64,000 bases of DNA from Octopus vulgaris (GCA_951406725.2 OX597814.1:148180001-148244000); one strand, 5' to 3'; positions 42,060 to 55,158 are shown, counted from the stretch's first letter. Numbers and translations are program-made. Notes: generated from the sequence alone by a model not told the origin.

Positions 42060-42255
42060 ACAGTCGCCATGATTGATCGCTAAATCCAGAGGTTTTATTT
42101 TTTATATTATTCTCTCCCTGTTTATTTGTTCATATTTCTTTCTGTTGAACAGCGTAGACTCGAAACGTAAAAGACTTTCTCGAGCATCAAACAAATACAC
42201 CTGTTTGTTGTTCATAGACCTCTCTTCGTCATTTATTTCTCTGCAAATTTAAACT
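42060..42255 (+). mobile_element. Short repeat with minimal HHR-like motif (second copy about 55925-56082)
   Basis: Shares TTTCTGT..AA.AGCGTAGACTCGAAACGTAAAAGACT..CGAGC..AATACACCTG.TTGTT with the second copy; both end at TA-rich tracts. Confidence 0.65.
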
Positions 42256-42275
42256 ACATATATATATGCATACGT

Positions 42276-42392
<117 letters not shown>

Positions 42393-42439
42393 TGTATCTG
42401 TATGTATGTATCTCTTTCTATATATATATATGTTAGTCT

Positions 42440-42620
42440 ATATATTTGTCTGACAACCGTTGTCGATTTTGTATGTCCCCGTATCCTAGCAATTCGGCAA
42501 AACAACGAAAGGAAGTAAGTATCAGACTGAAAAATACGTTCAGAGATAGATTTCTTCAACGAAACCCTTCAAAGCTACGCCCCAGCTTGGCTGCAATCCC
42601 GTGACTGAAACATGTAAAAA
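42440..42620 (+). mobile_element. SINE family A, 3' part, degenerate
   Basis: TGACAACCG..TAGCAATTCGGCAAAA..CCAGCTTGGCTGCAATC..TGACTGAAACATGTAAAA. Confidence 0.6.
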
Positions 42621-44459
42621 AGGGGAGAAAGAAAGGAATGTGAAGATATTTAACTCAAGTAACGAGAAATAGAAATTTATCAACTGTAATATTATCATCG
42701 CAAGAATGAGGGAAAAAAGAGGAGGAGGATGTTCATGTTTATTAGTGTATGAGAATTAAGGACAGAAGAAGGGTGGGACATACGACGTTGTAATGAAATA
42801 TAAACCTGGTTAATAAAAGTGAATGGCAAGGAAAAAGCCTGGTTGTAATTATGGTAATAAAGCGTTCAGTTTCTGAAATTTTATAACTTACAAGCATTAC
42901 GTTTCCTTAATTAATAATCTGCTTATTAAAACAGATATGTGAAATATGATAAACAATTTAGTTACTTCTGAAAGTAAACTTGAATTAGCTAAATCCTTAT
43001 TTACGACTATAATTTAATTTAAATTGGCGCAAGCATCGGTGCTTGAAAATTAACTCGAAGTATATACCAAGTAGCTTTTGATAATAAGGATTAAGTCTCC
43101 TTTGCCATTGATAAATTATACTGAAACTTAAGAAAAATACATCTATCCTGCTGTGATATAAATATGCCTTAATTTTCTACAGATTCGCATCTGGTGGATA
43201 TTGAAATGGCGTCTCAACTAATAATTACGTCAAATATCTACTGAGATCTTTGATAAATAGACTAATTATACATACTTCTTCAATTTTAGCATTTACTTTG
43301 CATTTGGTTTTATAATTATATAAAGCAGAGTAGCCATAAAAGAAACTATTTTGCCTATATGGACACCTCAATAACTTCAAGAAAAGGAAGGGTGCATTTC
43401 AAGACTAAGACATACATACTGTCGTGTATGGCCACAGCAAAGATATACTTACTTAATTTCGTCTGTTCAGAGCTTATCTTTAGTTAATTCCGGGCCATAC
43501 ATTGTCAATTCTATCATGTTATAATCTGAGAATATTGTAGATAATTCCCACATAGTTTGTAAAATAGAGGTTTAGAATATTTTTGGGATCTTTTCAATTG
43601 TGAAGCCAGGACCACAGATCTTTCTACTTAACTAAATATTCTGAAACTTCGTATGCTGATAGAGTCTAGCAAAACAAGACACAGGTTGGAACTAGTTTAT
43701 TTGAGAAAAATCTATTTTATGACTTTAATCGTAGATTAAAACTGCGAATTTTAACCAATCAGATTGTTTGTTTTCATGTGTAAAACGTGACTGCATTCTA
43801 TTAGTGTGACGTAGAAAGCGCTTTTGTGACGTACTAACGTTCGGAAAACTAAACAAACACAGAACGTAACGGCAGACGAAATACGGCTACGCATTTCGCC
43901 CGGCGTGCTAACGTTTCTGCCATCTCTTTGCTTTTTTAATATTAAATTTCTTGCCTTTTGCACAAATAAATACAATAAGTGAAATGAAACGCATTAGCTT
44001 AGAAACAAAATCTTGTTAGAAGCCTCGTCACTGAGATGCCACTTCTTAATAGCAAACGAAAGCAAGTACTAACAGAATGGAAACATTTTCAATTTAATAC
44101 ATGTGGCTTATTAACTAGTTTTAAATATTGTTATTAGAAGGTGGCTGACTATAGGATCCTGGAAACATGAGTACGTTAAATAATTAGAAGGAGATTTCAC
44201 GGAGACATGCGGCTTGTTTACATTTAAGATGTTTAATACGTCACCAAATTGGTGGTCGAGACGGAGTAAATAAAATAAAGCCGAATGACGGAATATCATT
44301 GGTTAAAATTCTAATTATTAAACAACGTTAAACTTAGAAGTTACAATTCCGTTTTCATACAATTAAGTTTACTTTTGACACATTCTACCAGTATACGAAG
44401 TTTCAAATTGTTTGGTTCAGTAGGAAAAATTTGAAAAAACTGGCTTCAGAATTGAAAAG

Positions 44460-44990
44460 ATCCTATTTTTGTGCCTGGTTGGAGAGAGTATGATCTGCTC
44501 CACGAATAGCATTTTCGTAAGATCTAGTAGAGATTCTTCTTGATTTCGCTCTCTGTGCGTCATTCCTGGGGTTATATTTTCCTCAGGCCACCTGATGTTG
44601 GGCAAGTCGAAGTCGACCGTCAGGAATATAGTAATACGTTCATCCAATTGTGTTAGTACTTCCTTTATCGCACTGAGGTTTTCCTCAAATTTTCCACTAT
44701 CATTTGAGGCATCAGACGGGCAATATATTGTGCATATCACTATAACAATTTGCTTTAGATGTACTATGAGTGAGACACACACAGGAGTTGGAGTTCGATA
44801 ACAGGGTCAATGGTGTGACATCTTCTTGGATGTACATTATTCCACCGTGATTTCTTTTTCTTCTGTCTGTACGGATGATAGCATACATTGGTATGTGTAT
44901 CTCCGCATCACTTATATCCGCAGATAGATGTGTTTCTGTAAGTGCAATGCATATAGTTTGATTACATGCAGAAAGATTTTTCGTGTGTTC
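44460..44990 (-). pseudogene. LINE ORF2 apurinic-endonuclease (APE) domain fragment, CR1/L2/Jockey-like
   Basis: IALTETHL...YAIIRTDRRKRNHGG; IYCP...IFLTVDFDLPNIRW...QIILSPTRHKN; frameshifted. Confidence 0.85.
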
Positions 44991-45456
44991 AGTTTTGCAT
45001 TTGCTGTTGTTCTGCAGCAGGCTTAGGTCACAATACATGTATTAAGGGAATAGGCGGAATTTTCCAACTCTTCAAAATATATTTATACATATATATGCAA
45101 CCATTGAAAATTTCAGACATGTAGTTCAATAGAGTGCTAGGTGTCTTAGATGTGGACAGGATCTGTGCTCTTTCATGCAAAAAAGTTTACATTTATTCTA
45201 TCCATTCACAGAAGGTGTGGATTTCTCAATTATTTTCCATTTAATCACATGCGGTGTTTCGTTATCTTTCAAAATCCATATGTAGCTAGCCAACTTAGTA
45301 TCTTTATTTTAGTCCCTATGTCCGAAGGAGGCTATGTGATTGCCGTGTGTGTATATTTGTAAGAAAAATTTTAGTGTCTAAACGACCAGTACAACATACA
45401 GTTTTCAGTTTCAAAACGGCTATTTGAAACTCATACCAGAGTCACTTCCTGTAAAT

Positions 45457-45758
45457 CACCGTGATCACCGTGACCGACCAGGCTATCAGATGTTGGTACA
45501 CATCGCTGGTCACAATGCGCTTTGCATTGTATTAACCTTCAAATGACGCCACCCCGCTGGCTAAGCGAGCAGCCAAACAGAGTGGGAAAAAGTTGTGGCG
45601 AAAGAGTACAGCAGGAATCGCCACCACCCCTGCCGTAGCTTCGTGGATCCTTAGGTGTTTTCGCTCAATAAACACTTACAATGCCCGGTCTGGGAATCGA
45701 AACCGCGATCCTACAACTGTGAATCCGCTGCCCTAACCACTGGGCCATTGCGCCTCCA
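45457..45758 (-). mobile_element. tRNA-derived SINE, family C, with 14-bp TSD
   Basis: Head TGGCCCAGTGGTTAGG..GGTTTCGATTCCC; tail (CACGGTGAT)n; CACTTCCTGTAAAT duplicated at 45443-45456 and 45759-45772. Confidence 0.88.
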
Positions 45759-45882
45759 CACTTCCTGTAAATAATATTATTAAAATAAAAATTATCCAAA
45801 AAACGCTATCTCTACTAATTTTATATATACATATATATATGTGTGTGTGTGTGTGTAAGTTTGTGAGTGTATGTGGGTATAG

Positions 45883-46190
45883 TGAAGGTATGTGACTTAG
45901 TGGTGAGGGCATTCGACTCACGATCGTAAAGTCGTGAGCTCAATTCGCAGCGACGCGTTGTGTCCTTGCACGTTGCTCCACTTCACTCAGCTGGCAAAAA
46001 TGAGTTGTACCTGTATTTCAAAGTGCCAGCCTCGTCACACTCTTTATCACGCTGAATCTCCTACAGAACTGCATTAAGGGTACATGTGTCTGTGCAGTGC
46101 TCAACCACTTGCACGTTAGTTTGACCAGAAAGCTGTTCCTTTGATTGTATCATCTGAGACTCTCGTCGTAACCGACAGAGTGCTCCGCCT
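45883..46190 (+). mobile_element. tRNA-derived SINE, family D, degenerate
   Basis: TGACTTAGTGG A-box, GAGCTCAATTC B-box-like, GTTGTGTCCTTG..TTCACTCAGCTGG..AAATGAG central domain. Confidence 0.6.
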
Positions 46191-46192
46191 CC

Positions 46193-46271
<79 letters not shown>

Positions 46272-46382
46272 GTGAAATAGAAAGATGAATAATCTTGTTG
46301 CTGGCCATGGGCTCTTAGGAGCCTCGTTCGATTTGTTTTGCTCAGCCTCTGTTCTGTTTTTGTTTTTTTCCAACGGATTTCC

Positions 46383-46475
46383 TATTTCTTCCTGAAGAGA
46401 AAGACACAATATGGTCTCATTATTCAATCGGAATTTGGTAAATTGTGCCTTTCGAAACACGTGTAGAATGAAATA
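46383..46475 (+). ncRNA. Type I hammerhead ribozyme with intact core, inside a ~260-bp element (46268-46527)
   Basis: TATTTCTTC, CTGAAGA, GAAAG(ACACAAT..ATTGTGC)CTTTC, GAAA, CACGTG, TA, GAATGAAATA; predicted cut after 46465. Confidence 0.85.
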
Positions 46476-46523
46476 AAACGATTTCTGTTCAATCTTCGTT
46501 CAACTCCATTTCTTCAATTCACT

Positions 46524-46574
<51 letters not shown>

Positions 46575-46608
46575 TATAGATATGTGTTTATATAATATCT
46601 TTCTAAGA

Positions 46609-46923
46609 GTTCCAAGGACTCTACTGCGATTATTTTAACCCCAAGGGGACATCACTTCTTGCTGGTTAATGATGCACAACTACATCCGATAAAATTGCGA
46701 GCACGGGAGCGAACCCCTATCATCTCTAGCGGACGTGGTGTCCAGTACAGCGGAGTGGCAGAAATAGCCCGAAACTCAGGACTGGTCCATTTGTCCCGTC
46801 GCGTGGAGACGGTTGGGGTTCGCTCCCCTGCTCGTAATTTTATCGGATGTAGCTGTGCATCGTTAACCAGCTAGAGGAGATGTCCTCTTGAGGTTAAAAA
46901 TTCGCAGTAGAGTCCACTCGAAC
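46609..46923. mobile_element. MITE-like long inverted repeat (~125-bp arms)
   Basis: GGACTCTACTGCGA..CATCCGATAAAATT..GGGAGCGAACCCC mirrored by GGGGTTCGCTCCC..AATTTTATCGGATG..TCGCAGTAGAGTCC; no clear TSD. Confidence 0.7.
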
Positions 46924-47033
46924 GCACAGCCATGTTAAAGTGGCTACGAATATTACTTGTCAGAGCAATTACAGCGTTGATCTCTTACAGATATTTTAGA
47001 ACTAGCATCTTTACTTCTACATACATGTACATA

Positions 47034-47085
<52 letters not shown>

Positions 47086-47629
47086 TGAGAGAGTTGGTAT
47101 GTGAAAGCACGTGGTTGGATATATAAAAGACAAAAAAGAATGAAAAAAACTACAGAAGGCTTGTGTTATTTGGTTAAAGCATATATTTAAATCGTTATGT
47201 TAGAAAAATGCTATTAAATTTTGCGTATAGTAACATAGTTTTTGGAGAAATAACCGGTTTCGTATTTTTTTTTGAAATTTCTAAAATTTCTTTACCTATA
47301 TCGTGTCATGTCTTCGCTATGTTGTGAAATATGGAGTTCCAAGCAGGGGAAGGTAATCAGGGATTTTTCCGTTATAAGAGAGAGAATAAAAAATGTTGGG
47401 AATGACTAGGCGTGATTAATTTAACATGATTTGGTTTAGAAGGAATAGAATGTTACAAGTGGTTAGGTTTTGCTTTAAATCTTTTTCAATGTGGGGTGGT
47501 TTCCTTATTTAATCTAACTTGTGTTGGTGTCCCAATGGTACATTGATAGAATGGAAAGATTAAAAATATATATAATTATATACATTAATATATATCGATA
47601 TATACACATATAATGCTGTATGATACTGA

Positions 47630-47800
47630 ATTCAGATTTTGGCACAAGACCTGCAATTTCGGGTGAGGGCTTAAGTCAATTACGTCGATCCCATTATCTA
47701 AATGTTACATTTTATTGAACTCGGAATGATGAAAGGCAAAGATAACGTTGGTAGCATTTGAAGCAAGATCCTAAAGTCGAAAGAAATGCTGTTAAACATA
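47630..47800 (-). mobile_element. SINE family B copy, degenerate
   Basis: TTTTGGCACAAGACCTGCAATTT..GATGAAAGGCAAAG is the reverse complement of the family B tail and central domain. Confidence 0.55.
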
Positions 47801-48330
47801 TCAATATATGCGATTTATGGAGAATAAATGAATTGCAATAGAAAAGTGGTATGAACCAAAAGCCAGTGGAGGATTTCACACATTGAGACAGATATAGTCT
47901 CTTTGTTATCACTTTGTGGAAGAAACGTTTGTGTAATTTCAATAATAATTGGCTGAAATGTTTAGGAAAACATACAGAATTATGATGAAGCAATCAGTGG
48001 AATCTCCATTTCATAGCTGATAGAGAAATACCGTTCGAATAATATACATGATATCGATAAGTACTGCACTAAAGGAAATTGTTTTTATTTAGTTAAATCC
48101 AGTGATTTCGTAGGTGGCAAATTAATTAGAAGATCGATGTATATTCACAAACACGCGCGCGCGCGCGCACACGTGCAGAGGCACGCACACATGCACACAC
48201 GCACACGTGGAATATGTCATATATATATAATATTTATTTTATATATACATATAATCACATAAATACATACATAGAAACACATCCATATATGTATAGATAG
48301 ATAGATATTTCCCGCACACGCACACTTATC

Positions 48331-48369
<39 letters not shown>

Positions 48370-49995
48370 TAATAATAATAATAATCATAATGATAGTAAT
48401 AATAAAACGTGTGCGACCGTGCATGCATGTGTGTATGTGTGTATGTGTGCGTGTGTGTGTGCATGAGTGTGTAAGTAATTACATTAAAACGATTGCTAAA
48501 ATTGACTACTATTCCGATGCTTTAACTTTTCTACCGAGAAACGTAATCCTTTTAAACAGACATGGAAATGCTTGCGCACGTGCACATATTAACAAAAATG
48601 TAAACACAAACACTCTTTCTAACACATACACACAAAGTACACACACACACACACAGTCACACACACATACCCCAAACCCCCACACATACACACATGAATG
48701 TGTACAGGTAACGTTTATGCGTATATATGTTAGTTTTGCATGTGTTTGAGCATGTACCAGTGTTTTACGAGCGCTTTCACAGGACTCACATGTACCATTA
48801 AATATAAGCCTTGTTCACAAAAGCAATAACACCCAGTACTAGACCACGTGCTGCTGATATCAACCTATAATTTCAATACAGAAATGCGAATTGCTAAGCG
48901 ATGGAGCGGAATTTAAAAGAGTCTTCTCTTTATTAATAATACATTATTGAAACAACAGACTAGACTGTGAAATATACAGTAGCAGCTTAGGAGCATGGTT
49001 GGGCTTAAGCATTAGGAACAGTGCCAACAAATATTGATTTTAATCTTCGGCACATGACGACACATTCGTGTTGGTAGAAAAGAAATGAGGTCATACGATG
49101 TTAATGTTTTTACCCAATGATGATTCGGTCGTAGGCAAATTGAAATGAAAAGCAGATAATTGTTTCGAATCATTAAACATATTTTACCTCTGTTGTCCAT
49201 CGTTTCTAAACCACCAGTATTATAATGATAAATGACATTGTAAATTTTTTGCCCTTCAGACTTATATTGCAAATTATAATCTGCTGGGTGAAAGAAAATG
49301 CATTCAACTAGGAATCGAATTCAATTTATAGACATAGGATAGAAAAGTTTACTTCGTACACTAAACTGCAAACGAAAAACAAAAGAACAAAAAACATATT
49401 TATTTTCATATAGACATATGAAGAAGGCCGAATGTCAGATTCAGATTTTTATTGCTTTTCAATGAAATTAACCCTGGTTCAGAATAGAAATCATTTTACT
49501 CTTCTTTCTCAAAATTTTCAATTATGGCTCACATAGGTCTTATATTTCTGATCTATTATTGCTATACCTTGCAAGAGAATATAAATATATCACTCTGCGA
49601 AATCTCTCAAAGTTTATACAGGAAGATGATACTAGTTCGTATGTGGTAGTCTATGCATTGATCACCCTGGACTGAACATTTAATTTGCTACAATCATTAT
49701 CATTAGAAAAAAAATTAACATTTCTGACCAGACACCACCTGCTTTCATTTTGCTTTATTGGAAATATTTCTTGTCTATTCATAATACATTGAAAACCAAG
49801 TCAAGAAACAAAACGAAACTACATTGATAGCATTTCCAAGTTTTTCTATATAAATAAATCCCAGAAGTATTTAATTCTTTTTATATAATTTAAATCTTGC
49901 AGACATTGCTACAAATGATGAAATGATATCAGTTTTTAAAGCAGACAAGTCTAATGTACCTATGTGCATATGTGTGTATGTGTGTGTGTGTGTGT

Positions 49996-50038
<43 letters not shown>

Positions 50039-50548
50039 CGCACAACAAAAAGTTGGCATAGTCGTGTGGGAAAGTACATAAACCTTTGCCAAGGAGGCTG
50101 ATTTACAAGTTATATTCATCTGAATTCCGTCGGTGAAATTTACGGTGCGTAGATGTATTATACCATAGTGACGGCTGCATTTTGCAAATCATATTAAGCA
50201 CATATTTGTCGTAATAAATAAGTAAATGAACCGACGTATTTAGAAATAGAAGTAAATATATTACTAATGTTGAGTGTGAAGAATTCAGTATACAAAGATT
50301 TTGAAATATCATGAATTATTTTTTAAGATGACGTCTGATGTTGATTGTTTATAGGAAAAGTTTTGATTTTACACATTCAATCTGAATAAAGTAATAAAAT
50401 ATGAGAAAAGAAATTAAGAAGAAAACAAACATGTCTATGAAATACATAAAACAGTAGAATTATGCTTCGCATTTTCAAATGAGTTAAATCTTATAGCTTT
50501 CGGCATGGAATATAGAGCTTTCACTAAAAACACACACACACACACACA

Positions 50549-50597
<49 letters not shown>

Positions 50598-50607
50598 GTA
50601 TGCATGC

Positions 50608-50648
<41 letters not shown>

Positions 50649-50697
50649 GATAGATAGATAGATAGATAGATAGATGAATATTGATATAGATATATAA

Positions 50698-50739
<42 letters not shown>

Positions 50740-51047
50740 GTGTGTATAAACAGAAGGAGAAAATGCTAATAATACTTAATATATTGAATCTAAAGTAAAG
50801 AAAATTTTAAATCAAATATAAGATAAATGAATAAACCATAATGAAATAAATACGTTTGGGATTTATGTAATGAAACAAAGAAGCCGACATTTTTCTTTTT
50901 GTATAATTTAAATCTTGCAGACATTTCTACAAACGATGAAGAGATTTCAGTCGTAAAAGACTAAAGTAAGTATACATATACGGAGTATGGGTAATGTGGA
51001 GGGGTACGCATGTGTACCTGCAGGTGCAAACTCATGTGTGTGCGTGC

Positions 51048-51082
<35 letters not shown>

Positions 51083-52480
51083 CGTGTGTGTGTGTGTTTG
51101 AGTCTTCACGTATGTGTTTATCTGTTTTAACGCTTCTGCAGAGAGTAAGAGACGAGCTGGAAAAAAAAATAAAATGAATAACTTTAAGAAAGACATGTGA
51201 TTAATAGAGACAAAATTAATGGTAAGTCATGGAAATATAACCAAGTGAAAGACAGAAGATAATAGAGTTTGTAAAGTAAGATAATATTCTAAATACTGCT
51301 TCTAGTGTTATACATTGTTCTGCAGAACTCGCCTATCTCTCAACATCAGTTAGATTTTACTGGGTTTAAGTGAGACGAATGGTGTTCTGCAAATGCATGA
51401 TTCATAGCTGCAGCTGCTATTATGATGTTAATAATTTTGCATCGCAGCCACGTCTCTCTAGCACTGAAACCAAAGTTCCTCATGATAAACGATTCTCCTG
51501 TTAGTATAGCATCGTTTTCACTAGCACCTTGAGTGGATTTTGAAAGAAGGGAAGCTGTTCGAAGCAGAAGAAAAATATTTCGAAATAGTGTAGAGAATAA
51601 TTTCATTTATTTTGCAAGTGAATTATTTATCTCATCGGAGTTATACAACTTCACGATAGCTTGAGATGATGATTGTCAATCTATAAAGGGAAAATAATGT
51701 CTCCAGACCTCGGAATTTCATTGGTTACTACAGATCACATGCGACACTACTAACACAGTGCAATCATACAGATCACAAATTATTCTTACAACTAATAAGA
51801 ATATATCCGTCTTCAAGGGATACGAATGTTCTTCCTTTTAAAGGAAATTCCATTTTGGCATATATTTGCCAAAGATTTGAACTCACAATATTAGCAATTA
51901 AGTCTACCATTTTGCAATTGAAATAGCAGATACATGGAAATTTCTTCAATGTTTCATTTTATTAATTGTTGCAAGGCATTAGCAAGGAAGTACTTCTCTC
52001 TACACATTGAAGTTATCACTCAGTAGTGTAGCAATTTCAGGATCTTAATTATTTGTATTGCGTGTGTATGATAGTAGCTACACATGACACTTTCCTTGCA
52101 GCAGTATTAATGTATCATAAGATCGATTTCTCTTCAGTTTTTTAACAAGAAAATTATACTTTATAAATTTTGTTTCATTGCTCTTGTTTCTACTTCTAGC
52201 ATAAAAGTCAATCGGTATTGATACAATTTGAAATATGATCTCTCTGGCTCGATATATGTCTTTACCTACTGATTCTATGTTTGTTCTGTAGATTTAGAAA
52301 GTCTATATGCAAAGACTGTTGTTGGAGATGGTAAACTGGGGACTTGCCAAATACCAAATGGATAAAATGTAGCATTTTCGAAATAAATTTTCTGCAATAA
52401 CGAGATGGTTAATTCTTTAATACTAAATTATCTTAGTCCTCTGTCTTTCTTTTGTATATTTTATGTATATGGTACTAGTT

Positions 52481-52801
52481 TTAATTAAAACAAGTTTCAC
52501 TTGTGCCTCTGAGAACCTAATTTATGTAATAACCTGCTCGCGTTGTGGATATAACTACATTGGATATACGAGTATGTCCTTGAGACGGAGAACGACTGCA
52601 CATAAAGAGCAAATCTGTTCCACGAAATACGGGCAAATTCCTTTCAGTGAACATATAGAAAAATGTGCAGATAACATCAAATGAAATTGCACAGTCTTCT
52701 CCTTCTACAAGTGCAAAAACATAATTTCTCCCCAAGAACGTTTAAATAAAGAAACTATTTTCATCGAAAAATACAGAACAGGTCTTAATTTGCTCGCATA
52801 A
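52481..52801 (+). pseudogene. Penelope-like element GIY-YIG endonuclease (C-terminal domain), 5'-truncated, one internal stop
   Basis: FTCASENLIYVITCSRCGYNYIGYTSMSLRRRTTAHKEQI..PFSEHIEKC..*..ERLNKETIFIEKYRTGLN shows IY..CxxC..YIG, catalytic R and E, and terminal GLN. Confidence 0.88.
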
Positions 52802-53175
52802 CCAACTTTTATCTTTTTACATATTTCAGTTCACCATTACATCACTGTACATAAATCCCTTTACTAAACAAATTTTTCGAAACATTTCTGTGTATATATA
52901 TATACCTTCCCCTCTACTTACCAAAAGCTGAACAGCTATCTCTCTTGCCATCAACAATAACAATAACGATAGCCAATTACTTACCCTTATTTTTCTCTTT
53001 ACCAGTCAAGTCATTGACTGGTAAATATCATCACAAACATGGACAAAAATTTCTTCTCAAGAAAACACATATTCAAATAAGTAAATCATGATATCATGAA
53101 TAGCGAAATCGAAACCGTTGGATGAATTAAAAATTATATTAAACTATGTAAAATGTCTGTATTTTACTTTTTAAA

Positions 53176-53226
<51 letters not shown>

Positions 53227-54895
53227 TATATATATATGTATGTATATATATATGTGTGTGTGTGTGTGCGTGTGTGTGTGCGTGTGTGTATGTGTGTGAG
53301 TATGTATATATATATATTATGTAGCTGGCTGCTGTTGGGATTGCAAAGCTAAAGATTCCTTCCAGCTTTTGTAGGTGACGCTTCATAATCTTGATGCTAG
53401 AGCGGTTTCAAAAGTTAAATCTTTCATCGCATCTGTAATGGATTAAATCTGATAATCTGCTTGTATTGGCAACAAGGGTCGTTGCAGCTGGTACGTACTT
53501 TACGGCACGTGCAGGAAAGTACAGCACCACCGGAAACGCACTGCGTAAACGAGTGGAGGGTCCCGGTCATGTTTTAATCTCAGACTATAATATTGGACGG
53601 TATACCTTATACTACAATACCCCCGATACTTCGCACAACTCTTCTACTGTTTGAGAATCTCTTTTGCTATGATCTGAAAACTGAGCTAGGCAATGCTCTG
53701 TTTCACGCCATGTTTTGTCGGTGCAGTTCTGTATTTCCATAACCTAACCACACTTTCAGGATCGTCAATAAGTCTATTCTGCTACCTAATTCACTCTACA
53801 TTGTTGATATCCGCGTATTCGTGAGCATTCACTGCCGAAACTGAAAGATCATTAATGACTCGGCCATTTAATTTAATGTACAAATCTGTATCGCGTTCCT
53901 GTGTTGCATTGAGATATCCAGATCCGCATCAGCTTAAGTATTAGACGCTGTTTTCTCACTCGGGAAAGAGTGAGAGTCTCCAGTGGAGAAAGTCATTCAA
54001 GTTTCTCTAACATGTCTGGTATAATACTGTAGCTGACGCTCCTCGTATAGAGACAAGCTGTGTTAACGAATTTGACAATGTATGTGTAAAAGTAATTATC
54101 GGTGACGATTTTCAATCTAATATTAGTTAAATCCACATAGGTTGTAGTGATTTCAATTGATTAATATTTCTAGTAAGACCATAAAGATAACACGTTTATT
54201 TCTTACATCCCTCAGAATTTTGAGAATCACTTATACACAATCAATAATAAATGAGCAGCAGCGGATAATATTGTGTGGTGCATTTCGTTTTCATATTGTT
54301 TGTATTTCAATTACCTTACTTCACTAAGTCCATTGTAACAGATGTGAACGTTTCAAAACCTTCTTTACTCTATTTGCAATGCAAATGTATTGTGCTTATG
54401 CAAGATACCACTAATTGATCAAAGCTTTTGTCGCTTACATCACTCACTATGTATCCAGCTAAGTTTACTTTAGCATTTAACAGATCAAATGAACAGAGAA
54501 TTATCAGCAACTGAACAAATATTATAGCATGAATAATGATGCACCAACACCCAGAAATATACACATACTCTCACATTCACAATAAACACACGCATGTGTA
54601 TATGAATATACGCGCATACGTATAATAGTGTAACCTTTATAACATGTGCTATCAAATTCATTACAATGTATGACATCATATATATTACAATATCAAAGCG
54701 AGGTCGTAAAGTATTTAACCGCTTTCCATCATGGTATACAGGCAGTTTTGGCGTGTAACGACATATCCAGCAACACATAAAATCATTTTTCTTTATTTAT
54801 AAATAAGCTATTATCTTACAAAAAATATATTTAATGAATAAACTATTCCTTACCCGTTATTGTTTAATATCATACACCATAATTTCATTCAACAG

Positions 54896-54954
<59 letters not shown>

Positions 54955-54969
54955 CATATATATATATAT

Positions 54970-54970
<1 letters not shown>

Positions 54971-55044
<74 letters not shown>

Positions 55045-55065
55045 TAGATATAGATAGATACAATA

Positions 55066-55136
<71 letters not shown>

Positions 55137-55158
55137 TATAGATAGATAGATAGATAGA
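54971..55158. repeat. (GATA)n microsatellite
   Basis: Direct tandem, interrupted once. Confidence 0.95.

Noticed and set aside
45680-45758. tRNA gene
   Set aside because: tRNA-like A/B boxes are attached to a SINE body with a tail and TSD; the same applies to the other SINE heads.
51346-51606. 86-aa minus-strand ORF with a plausible acceptor
   Set aside because: No recognisable domain and no supported partner exon.
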